From: Eledone cirrhosa
Lineage: Eukaryota
Direction of reading: 5' to 3'
Length of the DNA stretch: 64,000 nt
Assembly (NCBI GenBank): GCA_964016885.1
Contig: OZ024747.1
Coordinates: 40,362,001 to 40,426,000, forward strand
A program made the translations under genes and the position numbers. The notes under the pieces were generated by a model. The model saw nothing but the letters and a program-made list of their open reading frames with translations, did no database searches and was not told the origin of the DNA. This document shows, piece by piece, positions 10,256-21,811 of this stretch (the first letter of the stretch is position 1; each line of letters opens with the position of its first letter).

Positions 10256-13110
10256 ATCAATAAGACAATAGAGGTAGTTCGAGTTAGTAATCGAATAATT
10301 AAGCTTAGATTAGTTGTAGGTAGGAGACTACTGACAATCATCTCGGTCTATGCTCCCCAAGCAGGCCTAGGCAAAGATGAGAAAGACTGCTTTTATGAGC
10401 AACTTTTGCAAACAACCACAATGACAGAGGACGGAGACATCGTTATGCTAGCAGGAGACTTCAATGGTCATGTTGGACAGCTCCAGGATGATTACACTGG
10501 GGTACATGGTGGGCACGGTTACGGTTCAAGAAATGAAGAAGGAGTGAGACTTCTTGAATTTTGTGATGCAAGTACATTGACTATTTGCAACACAAACTTC
10601 CAGAAACCTGCCAATCACCTAATAACCTACAAATCTGGTGAGCACATAAGCCAGATTGACTTCCTGCTAGTTAGGCAGCGGGACAGGCAGATAGTGTCTA
10701 ATACCAAGGCATACCCTGGGGAAGAATGTACCCCACAGCATAGGTTAGTTGTTAGTGATATCTCAGTAAGCAAGAGATGGAATGAGACATATAGGAAGGT
10801 GTGGAGAAGAAAGGTCTGGAAGCTAAAAGACCTTTCACTAAAATACAAATTTAGGAAAGCCCTTCAAGATGTATATGACGAAAAAGAAGACGATTTAGAG
10901 ACGTATGACATAGATAATAACTGGAAGTTCTTACGTGACAACTTGCTGAAGGCTACTGATGAAACCTGTGGCTGGAGCAGAGCTCCAACCAGACAGAGAG
11001 TGACCTGGTGGTGGAACAGCAGTGTAGATAAGGCTATTAGAGACAAAAGACTAGCATGGAAGGCTTGGAATAAGGGTGGGAGTAGGGAAGAATATACAGC
11101 CACTAAGAGAGAAGCTAGACGTCAGGTGTACTTAGCACGCAGGGAGGCAGAGAGTAGGAGGTTTGCCAATGTTCTGCGACGGGAAGATCAGAGGCGTGCG
11201 GTGTTCCACATTGCAAGGCAGTGTGTCAATGCAAATCAGGATGTTGTTGGTGATAAATGTGTCCGGGATGATGCCGGTGTACTTAGTGTCACGAATGACC
11301 AGAAAAAGGAGGCCTGGAAATGTCATTATGAGAGACTGATGAATGTGGAGAACGAATGGGAGAGAGAGAAATTACCCTTGGTAGATCCGACAGAGGGACC
11401 AGCTATTGAGATTGACGAATATAGGGTCCAAGAGGCGATTAGGGAAATGAAAAATGGTAAGGCGGCCGGACCATCGGGAATAGTTGCTGAGATGCTGAAG
11501 GCATCAGGGGACGTAGGCACTAAACTGGTTGCACGCATAATCAATCAGGCTATATATGGTGGTGTCATACCCAAAGACTGGTGCAGCAGTATTCTCATAA
11601 ATTGCTACAAAGGTAAAGGGGATGCTTTGGAGAGGAGCAATTATAGGGGTATAAAACTGATAGATCAGGTTATGAAAGTGGCAGAAAGGATTCTAGCACA
11701 ACTAATTAGAGAAAGGGTCAAACTAGATGAGATGCAGTTTGGTTTTGTGCCTGGGAAGAGTACAACAGATGCCCTCTTCTTGGTGAGACAAATGCAAGAG
11801 AGGTTCTTAGAGAAGAATAAGCCACTATACTTAGCCTTTGTTGACCTAGAGAAGGCCTTTGATAGGGTACCCCGATCTGTCATCTGGTGGTCCCTAAGGA
11901 AGCTGGGTGTTGAGGAATGGCTTGTAAGGACAGTGCAAACTTTGTACAGAGGTACTCTCAGTAAAGTCAGGGTAGGAATGGAGTTTAGTGAGGAATTACA
12001 GATACAAGTAGGAGTACATCAGGGTTCGGTCCTCAGCCCGCTCTTGTTCATTATAGTCCTCCAAGCCATAACAGAGGAGTTTAAGACTGGCTGTCCATGG
12101 GAACTTCTCTATGCTGACGATCTGGCTCTTATGGCAGAATCAGTAGAGGAGCTAGAGAATAAATTCCGGCTATGGAAACAGCAGTTGGAAGCAAGAGGAC
12201 TGAGAGTAAATCTAGCTAAGACAAAAGTGTTGATGAGTAGAAAAGAGGACAAAACCCTGATTCCGTCAGGGAAATGGCCATGTTCGATATGCAGAAAAGG
12301 AACTGGCATAAATTCTATAAAATGCACACAATGTAGGTCCTGGGTACACAAGAGATGTAGCGGGATAGCAGGCAAACTAACAGGTAGGGAGAAATATGTA
12401 TGCAGTAGATGTACAGGGAAATTAGACAGTAGAAGTCGCACTGATAGACACATTTTTCAAATGCGAGAGGGCGCTATAGAAGTGGTGGATAGCTTCCGGT
12501 ACCTAGGAGATCAGATTAGCATGGGAGGAGGGTGTTCCGAGGCCATAGTATCTAGAATAAGGACGGGTTGGAAGAAGTTTAGGGAGCTGCTTCCTCTGTT
12601 GACGAAGAAGGGTTTCTCCCTGCGTACGAAAGGCCGGTTGTATGATGCCTGTGTGAGGAGCGCGATGCTGCATGGTAGTGAGACATGGGCAGCTACCGCA
12701 GAAGATATGCGACGGCTGGAGAGAAATGAGGCAAGCATGCTCCGTTGGATGTGCAGTGTAAATGTGCGTGAACGACCCAGCATAAATGTGTTGAGAGAGA
12801 AACTGTGTCTGAGAGGGATAGAATGTAGTGTACGGGAGAGGAGACTGAGGTGGTATGGACATGTGATGCGCATGGAGGATGACCGATGGGTGAAGAAGTG
12901 CCAGGAAATGCCAGTTGAAGGAAGACGTGGTAGAGGTAGACCACGAAAAACATGGGCGGAGGTGGTGAGAACAGACCTCAGATCATTGAAGCTCACGGTG
13001 GAGATGACGAGGGACCGTGACGAGTGGAGAGATGCTGTGCTGAATAAGACCCGTCCCACCCTTGCAAGCAGGGAAAAGCGGACGTAAAATGATGATGATG
13101 ATGATGATGA

Positions 13111-13113
<3 letters not shown>
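10256..13113 (+). mobile_element. RTE-clade LINE family A, 5'-truncated, uninterrupted ORF (APE-RT-PHD)
   Basis: GDFNGHVG, HRLVV, FVDLEKAFD, QGSVLSP, YADD, RLRWYGHV, RGRPRKTW; (GAT)n tail; (TA)n on both sides. Confidence 0.96.
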
Positions 13114-13171
<58 letters not shown>

Positions 13172-13314
13172 TACATATACTTGTATATAGAAGAAAATAA
13201 CGACACATCTTAATATATATACACACTTGAAATTCAGATTTGTCTAGTAACAGATGCATTGCTAAACCAAGCATAAAAATATATGGTAATATATATATAG
13301 GTTCAAAATACAAC

Positions 13315-13479
13315 CTTGAATCTGTCTTCAAGTTCCATTAAAGCTCCAAGTGACCACATCAATGAAAAAACAACAATGTTTTCAAGTCTCTGAGTTGATA
13401 TATCCTTCAATTCCTCTTCTCCAGGTAGATATCCTTCTAAGAGTGTTAAGGCTTGAGCAACATAATTGCATTCAAGCAG
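13315..13479 (-). CDS. Dynein heavy chain internal exon g
   Basis: ttcag acceptor, gttgta donor, 165 bp. LLECNYVAQALTLLEGYLP...VFSLMWSLGALMELEDRFK matches the post-AAA2 FxxxWSxGA motif. Confidence 0.88.
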
Positions 13480-13496
13480 CTGAATAATAACAATGG

Positions 13497-14340
13497 TTTC
13501 TTTATTAACCACAAAAGGTTTACATCAAGAAAAACATAAAGACAGCACACAACGAAAACAGAGTGTGTGTGCATGTGTGTATGCATGTGTGTATGCATGT
13601 GTGTATGCATGTGTGTGGGGGTTTTTCATGTAAACAAAATTTAACAATGTTAAAAAAAAGGAAAATAATATTAAAATCAAAACAAAGGAGGTTCCTCAAT
13701 AGGGAGGAGATGTTTCAGGGTCACTCAAGGAAAAAACCCCATAAAACTATGGGTGCCCTGATCTTTAGGGTAAGTGTCCTGTCCCAGTTGTATTCCTCCA
13801 ATCTAGAGGCTCACACTCAGACCACGCCAATTCTCGTGAGTCATGCTCACCTCTCTCACCCACCTTTCAACAAATTGCTTTGAAGGCAGCACTTCCTTTT
13901 CCACCCTGATTTTCCTCTTCAAGTAAAACCTAAAGAAGTTAATCAGGGTTTCACCAAAGAAGAAAGTGTTCATCTTCAAATCTTTCAAGTTTGTCCACCA
14001 TACAAACTCTTTTGCCACAGCCACAAGACAGATAAAAACAGCCTGTCCTTCTTGACTAAAAGGAGGTGGCAGGACAATCTTCAGAAAGGACTCGGTTGAT
14101 AACCAGATTTGTCCCACATGCAACAGCAGGGGTTTGACATAAGCCCACAAGTCATTAATGCTCGGATACTGGACGATTGCATGCATGATGGTTTTGTCAC
14201 CCTGCATGCATCTCAGACAGGCCTGGCTGATTGCACTTCGCTGCCTGTATAGTTTATCCCAAACTGGAAAAGTTCCTTGGTAGCACTGCCAGGCTAGGGA
14301 TTTCTGGAAATTATCCATGAGCCCTGTACCAAAAGTCCTC
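13497..14340 (-). mobile_element. Tx1/L1-clade LINE 3' fragment
   Basis: MDNFQKSLAWQCYQG...CLRC is homologous to ORF 57398-58000; 3'UTR ends gtggttaataaagaaa like the copy near 58300. Confidence 0.85.
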
Positions 14341-14531
14341 TGTTAATGATATGAGCTGGTGGAACATGGCATCTGGTGATGACCTTGACACAACTAACAG
14401 GTCCTCCCAACCCTTCGTTTGACAAATATATAATTGACTAAATAAAGGCAGGCAGTGCCCCATCATGGTTGCAGTCGACTAATTGAAACAAGTAAAATGA
14501 AAAGCAGAAGAAAATTCAAATATATATATAT

Positions 14532-15925
14532 ATAACAGGGGAGTTTAAGACTGGCTGCCCATGGGAACTCCTATACGCAGATGATATAACTCTCATAGCT
14601 GAATCTATGGCTGGACTAGAGAACAAATTCCAAACATGGAAGCATGGCCTAGAATCAAAAGGCCTTAAAGTTAACTTGTCTAAGACTAAAGTTCTAGTTT
14701 GTAGAAAGGAAAATAGGGCACAGGTGCCCTCTGGGAAATGGCCATGCTCAGTGTGTAGGAAAGGAGTAGGTAGAAATTCCATTTTATGTCGCAAATGCAA
14801 ACTATGGGTACATAAAAGATGTAGTGGGATCACGTAAATTTTATATGTGGCCAATCCTCAGGTGCAATAAGTAGCAAGTGCCCACAGGATATTAGCTCCT
14901 TCTATTGCCCAGATGGTTCTATAGAAATAGTGGACACTTTCCGTTACCTGGGTGACAAAATCAGAAGTGGTGGAGGGTGTTCTGAAAGCACAGTAGCCAG
15001 AGTCAGAATGGGATGGAAAAAGTTCAGAGAGCTTATACCGCTGTTGGCCACAAAAGGTTTCTCTCTAAAAATGAAAGGCAGATTGTATGATGCCTGTATA
15101 CGAACAGCAATGCTACAGGGCAGTGAGACATGGGCGTTGTGTGCAGAGGACCTGCGCAGACTGGAAAGAAACGAAGCATGCATGCTCCGTTGGATGTGTA
15201 ATAGTAATATATGTGAATGGCAAAGTATAAATGAACTAAGTGAGAAATTAGGAATAAGTGGGATCAGATGTTGTTTACTTGAGAGAAGATTACGTTGGTA
15301 TGGTCATGTGATGCACATGAAAGACGACAGCTGTATAAAAAAGTGCAGGGTGATCAAAATTGATGGAAGTTACGGAGTAGGTAGACCCAGAAAAATCTGG
15401 GACGATTTGATAAATTCTGACCTTACACACATGCACATCTCTAAGACAATATCACTGGACCAAGATCTTTGGCGTTACGCAGTAATACAGAAGACCCGCC
15501 TTGCCTATGTACAAAGCGAACCTACAGTCAGTAGGCACCTCTTAACCAAATATACACCCCAATCCACTACCCCTACTCTATCCTCCCAATCCCACCAACC
15601 TCTCTCTGTAAAGTTGCTACCACAACATTCAGTCCAAATAAATGAGATAATGAGATCAAGATTGAGATCGTGTAGGTGTCACGACAAAAAAACACACAGT
15701 CCACGCTGTAATGTGGCTGTGTAGGTAACACGGAAAAAAGTTCCCAGTCCACACTGTAAATGTGGCTGGTGTTAGGAAGGGCATCCAGCAATAGAAAACA
15801 TGCCAGATAGTCCTATATGAGCAAGACACGGTCATCCGACCAACCTTGCCTCTGTGGGACAACTCCCGTCTAACCCATGCTAGCGTGGAAGATGGACATT
15901 AAACGATGATGATGATGATGATGAT
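14532..15925 (+). mobile_element. RTE LINE family B, 5'-truncated
   Basis: YADD, PHD, YLG and RWYGHV fragments with frameshifts; ~400-bp 3'UTR; (GAT)n tail; starts in (TA)n. Confidence 0.92.
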
Positions 15926-16757
15926 ACATATAAAGGTGTATATATTCTCATATACAATATATTTGTGTCTAATGTTTTCTAATTTAGAAACAAGGCTAAC
16001 AATTTTGAGAGGAAAGGCAACTCGATTACAAAAACAGCAGTGGTTGACTTGATGAAAGGCAAAGTTAGCTTTAGTGGGATTTAAACTGAGAAAGAAAATA
16101 AATATCTCAAAGCCTTTTGTCCAATACTCTAATGATTTTGCCAATTTATCACTCTTTTCTTTATGTATAGTAAACATAAATATATTTTTACTGTGTCTAT
16201 ATGGGTCCACAATTATGCTGTGATAATGATATTGTTAATTTAGCTTGTCAGAATTATTGAAAGAATTTATTCAGCAGTAATATCCTAAAATATAACAGAG
16301 GACTCTTCAGCTGTGTCAAAGACATGACAACTTCCCTAGTTTTGATGATCTACACAATAAAATCCATCCAGTATACTCTGTAAAGTGGTTGTTGAAAGGA
16401 AGAGCATGTAGCTGTAGAAAAGAGGCCAATCAAATGGTTGGGAGGACTCTTTAGCCTTGTCAACGAAATGATAGCCTCTCTAGTGCTGGTGCCATGATGA
16501 CATGCACTTGGTAAAATATAGAAACATTTGTAAGTGAAATGAGGGCCCATAGCCCATCTGAGCACTCAAAGTATGGGAATATATGTAAGCATGATGTATA
16601 TCTGTGACACATCTGAGTGATTTAAGGCTCTATTTGAGTACTGACTGGTCTGTGATCACCAAACCTAGTTAGCATGGAAAATGTATTTTAAATGTCAACA
16701 AGCCTATGTTTCTTATGTTCTATTAAAATCTAATTATATTTTTATGAATATACATAC

Positions 16758-16870
16758 CTGCATTTTGGGATGAAGATATTGAATTATGTATATGTAGGCG
16801 GCTTGAAATGCATCTTGAAATATATTATAAACAGTAGATCTTATTCCTGTAGGTTTGGTAGCTAGCCAGG
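16758..16870 (-). CDS. Dynein heavy chain internal exon f
   Basis: ttctttgtag acceptor, gtatgt donor, 113 bp. Phase 1 start matches exon e; (A)WLATKPTGIRSTVYNIFQDAFQAAYIYIIQYLHPKMQ. Confidence 0.85.
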
Positions 16871-17540
16871 CTACAAAGAAAATAAAAAACAGTTTTGATA
16901 TATATATCATTTACTTCATTTAAATTCTACTGGCAGATATATTTAACTAAAAGAAAATAACTCAATTAGTAACTAATTAAAATTACATTTACTTAACTTA
17001 CGTCTATAAACATAATTTACAGTGAGTAATCTGTTTGACTATCTCCCAGAGAATACCAAAAAAATTCTCACTGGATTGAATAACAAATTGATTATATATA
17101 TATATATGTGTGTGTGTATGTGTGTGAGTGTGTGTACATGTGTGTGTTAGGCAAACTACAGCAGAAACACAAAACCTCCATCTCAATTTTACTTTTGAAA
17201 TCATAAGATCTGTGAAACCAGTAAAGTAAATAAATGTTCTTAAAAGACTCCAGTTGAATTTTCAATTTCTTTTGCTTATATTTTTACCCATGTGGTAAAT
17301 CTTGTAAAAGAACTCATTTTCTAATGTGTGTTGTTATATTTGGGGATGGTCATGTTGCCAGTTTTGCCAATAAAAAACACATGCAGCATATGATTTTCAG
17401 TTTTGCCCTTTATTTTTCTTACTAGTTATTGGTTAGTTCATCAAAGTTCTTTTATCACACATTCTGTGTTCTCCTTTGTGCCTCCTCTCCTTTCTGATCT
17501 TAACCTGTATTTTGTTTTTCATATATATATATATATATAT

Positions 17541-17860
17541 GGGGGCACATGGCTTAGTGGTTAGAGCATTGGCCTTGCAATCGAAAGGTTGTGAGTTCAA
17601 TTCTCAGACCGGGTGATGTGTTGTTTCCTTGAGCAAGACACTTTATTTCACATTGCTCCAGTTTACTCAGCTGTAGAAATGAGATGATAGGGACTGGGGT
17701 CGAGGAGGTGCCACGGCAAAAAAGCACCCAGCACTCACTGTAAATGAGGTTGGTGTTAGGAAGGGCATCCAGCTGTAGAAATCAAGCCAGAATCAGTTCC
17801 CGTCCCACCCTTGCAAGCAGGGAAAAGTGGACGTAAAATGAAATGAAATGAATGAAATGA
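17541..17860 (+). mobile_element. SINE family 1 (tRNA head, CORE-like domain, RTE-A tail)
   Basis: A box TGGCTTAGTGG, B box GAGTTCAATTC, TTCCTTGAGCAAGACACTT; 3' end cccgtcccacccttgcaagcagggaaaag as in LINE A. Other copies at 26385-26715(-) and 62765-63105(+). Confidence 0.9.
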
Positions 17861-19599
17861 TATATATATATAATATATATTTGTGTGTGTTGGACCTACA
17901 TCAGTTCTGGCAATGAGCTGTTCAGTTGTTTGATCAAGAAAGTAATGTGCAAGTTGCTGAGCATGCATTTCCTTAACACAATTCTCATAGGCATCTAGCA
18001 TTACACAGCATGTGACAATGCTAGCTATTTTAATTACAGGTGCAACTCATTTTTACCAGCTGAGAGCCTGGGAACACCATGAAATAAAACGTATTTCTCT
18101 TGTACACAATCCACTGCCTGCAATTGAACCCATAACCTTATAATCTTGAACTGAACACTGTAACCACTGAGACATATGCCTTCCTATATATGTCATCAGC
18201 TCATCCATCAACATACACAAATTGAAGATATCATTCATTGAAGGTTTGGTTGTTGACCACTCACACAACAGCACTTTCTTCACCTTAGCCAAGATCCACC
18301 TCACTAATTCCCGCATGGAAGCTGAAGTAAAGGTCAGGAATTCTAACACTATTCACACATATTGCTCCGGCAAAAAAAAAAGTAGGAGCATCCATTTTCC
18401 AGCATGATTCATTAATTGGAGATGTAAAGAACTTATTTTCCAATGGCTACTGCAAATCAGTGATTATTGAGAGAAGACTATTTTTCTAGAAAGAGTAGGT
18501 ATAGTCTGTTATGCCCTCAGAGAGATAAAAACCTCTGGTGTAACTAACCACTTCATTACCTTTTTCACAGTGATGCTAAAATTGTATTACCCTTTTACGC
18601 TCTTACGCGTTCCATCCAATAGCCTGAGGCCATGCCAGGTCACCACCATTGTATGTTTACTACACAAAAAAGACCTCATAGTTCAGATTTTATGTTTCAG
18701 TCAGGTGTTACTTCAGTTGTCAGGCTCAAACATTTTAAATTTTTAGCTTAGTCTTCATCGTCAGTTGGTTCCTTTATATCAAAACATGGACAACTTGTTC
18801 ATCTATCATCCATCATTCATTTGCATCAGATATCTATGAGAGCATAGTCATCACTCTAGCCTACAATTTGGTATAGTCCACCCCATACATCGTATTCAAC
18901 TGATTCTTGTTCAATCATTCCATACATAATTGGCCATGTTCTACTATCATACAAATTTACACCAACAAGAACTAGCAGAAAGAGAAAACTGTTGCTAACA
19001 ATTAACCCTTTTGATACCAGTCCAGTTCTATGGAACAAAACCACCCATTTTAAAGGTTTCCTATTCAAATTAAAATCTTCCGACATAATTTTACTTTTGT
19101 TAAGTTATGTTACAAATACCATCTTAATAATGAAATGATTAATAAGTTTAGTAAATTCCTTCAAATTCTTCAATATCTAATTCAAATACAGTGTATTTCA
19201 TTACAAATACACTACCAAAAGAGTTAAAGTAGTTTTCAGTTCGTTTTTAATGTGACTAAATCTATTCATACTCAGCATCTTTCAGTAAGCTATCTGAAGT
19301 AGTTAATGATTGCTCATGCAACTATCTACCAACACAAAAATATGGTTCCCTGATAGAACAGCTTTAAAATAAAAAACATTTAGGTAAATAGATATAAGCC
19401 ACTGTTTCTGTAGCATTTTATTGAAAATTTCCAATAACCTACCCTATTTTTGAATTATATGATAGTGTTATTTCTAAGGTAATGCTTTTCTTTTTTCCTT
19501 TTTTCTTTTTTGTTTAACATAAGAAATATATTTTGTAATAAATCACTTATTTCTTAAAAGTAAATTTAAACTTTCAACCCCACAGAAATACAGCACTTC

Positions 19600-20510
19600 A
19601 ACAGAGGAAAGTCTGGATTGCACTTAAGTCCGATATGTTACAATACTTTAGCTTAGGCTTGGAAAACATAAACGATTGTATATAGGTAAAACTTGAATTC
19701 AAAGGAAATATACAGGGGTAAAAATTAGTTCATTGAAGGATTCAGTTGCCACATAGAGTGAAGAATCATGTTTAACTCTTCATTGAAGAGTGAAGAAGAC
19801 AGAGAAAGTGCAGTCATATTGATTGTGAGCAAGTAAGTAATGAAGGAATTAGAAGGAATGAGATAAGTGAAGGAATAAGGAGGAATATTCCATACAGATA
19901 CCATAAGAATTTATTTTCTTTATATTGATGGATTTTCTATCAAGTATCAAGTTTGTTTTTTCGTGATAGCATTAGTTTAATAGGTTTGTGAAGAATGCCT
20001 TTTAAAGAAAATCCCAGCAGATTGAACTATTAAGATTTAAGGATTTATAGCTCTTCTTTCATGGTTTGTTACTGTTCTATGTTTCTGGCAAGCACATTCA
20101 TAAACACCATAAAGAGGTTATAATATTATGCAGATTTATCATATAACTGACAAGTATTTTGTTAACTGGCAATGGTAAAAGTTCTCATTTGATTACCAAA
20201 TAATCTAACAATGTTCCTAGAGATGAACTACCATCTTATCAACAGGAAGATTTATCTGTCATTGAATTCATCCCATATAATTAGTGCAAAGTAATGAGTT
20301 TTCAAACCCAATTGAGGCTAGAAGAGATTCACATTTATATTGCAGACAGCTTCTGCAAATGACAATGGAGAAAATGGACATTTCCTCAAGTCAAATCCTG
20401 ATAAAGGATTCTAATATCATTCAAAATCTTGCTATTTCTTTCCATGTCAATACAAATGAGTTTATAAACTGACTAAGCTAACTAGTAAAACCAGCTTTAG
20501 TGTTGTTTAA
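19600..20510 (-). mobile_element. Highly decayed LINE remnant (CR1/Jockey-like)
   Basis: Weak resemblance to a LINE 3' region, with a similar remnant at ~41720-42120; no intact frame. Confidence 0.3.
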
Positions 20511-20617
20511 TTAAAAGTCCCCAGATTCAACCTAATTAGATTTCTTGATGCCAACATGTCTGATAACCATGAAAAGAAAAAGTTACAACAAAATTATAAA
20601 GAATACATTAACAAACA

Positions 20618-20618
<1 letters not shown>

Positions 20619-20654
<36 letters not shown>

Positions 20655-21801
20655 GTTTAACATCCATCTTCCATGCTTGCATGGGTTTGGACGGGAATTT
20701 TCCCACTTGAGGCAAGATTGGTTGTCTTGCTCATATAGGACTGTCTGGTGGGTTTTCTACGGCTGGATGCCCTTCCTAACACCAACCACATTTACAGTGT
20801 GGACTGGGAGGTTTTTACCGTGTTACCTACACGGCCACATTACAGCGTGGACTGTGCATTTTTTTTGTTTGACACCTACACGACCTCATTTATTTAGGAC
20901 TGGATGTTGTGGTACCAACATAACTTTACAGAGAAAGGGGTGGGTGGATGGGGTGGGGGTAGTGGGACGGGGGTGTATTTTTGTTAAGAGGTGCCTACTG
21001 ACTGTAGGTTTTGCTTTGTACTTAGGCAAGGCGGGTCTTCTGTATTACTGCGTAGCGCCAAAGATCTCGATCCAGTGACATTGTCTTGGAGAGGTGTAAG
21101 TGTGTGAGGTCGGAATTTATCAAGTGGTCCCAGGTTTTTTGAAGTCTGCCTAATCCGTGGCTACCATCTATTCTTATCACCCTGCACTTTTTTATACAGC
21201 TGTCGTCTTTCATGCGCATCACGTAACCATACCAACGTAGTCTTCTCTCGAGTAAACAACATCTGATCCCTCTTATTCCTAATTTCTCCCTTAGTTCATT
21301 TATGCTTTGCAGTTCACGTATATTACTATTACACATCCAACGGAGCATGCAAGCTTCATTCCTCTCCAATCTGCGTATATCCTCTGCACACAATGCCCAA
21401 GTCTCACTGCCATGTAACATTGCTGTTCGTATGCAGGCATCATACAGCCTGCCTTTCATTTTTAGAGAGAAACCTTTAGCGGCCAATAGTGGTATAAGCT
21501 CTCTGAACTTTTTCCATCCCGTTCTGACTCTAGCTACTGTACTTTCAGAGCACCTTCCACCACTGCTAATTTTTTCACCCAGGTAACGGAAGGTGTCCAC
21601 TATTTCTATAGAACCATCTGTGTAATGGAATGAGTTAGTATTATGTGAGCCCTTGCTGCTACTTATTGCACCTGAGCACTGGCCACATATAAAATCTATA
21701 TTCTTAGTTAGCTTACCTGTGATCCCACTACATCTTTTATGCACCCATACTTTGCATTTGGGACATAAAATGGAGTTTCTGCCTACTCCTTTCCTACACA
21801 T
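20619..21801 (-). mobile_element. RTE LINE family B, 5'-truncated
   Basis: ORF 21022-21801 (PHD, YLG, RWYG), family B 3'UTR, (GAT)n tail. Confidence 0.93.
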
Positions 21802-21811
21802 ATATCAAACA

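Noticed and set aside
1-13300. Further dynein exons downstream of exon g (and upstream of 58738)
   Set aside because: No convincing splice-bounded frame with AAA3 or AAA1 motifs found; likely outside the window, though a short divergent exon could be missed.
17545-17612. SINE heads as tRNA genes
   Set aside because: They continue into SINE bodies and LINE-derived tails, with broken cloverleafs.
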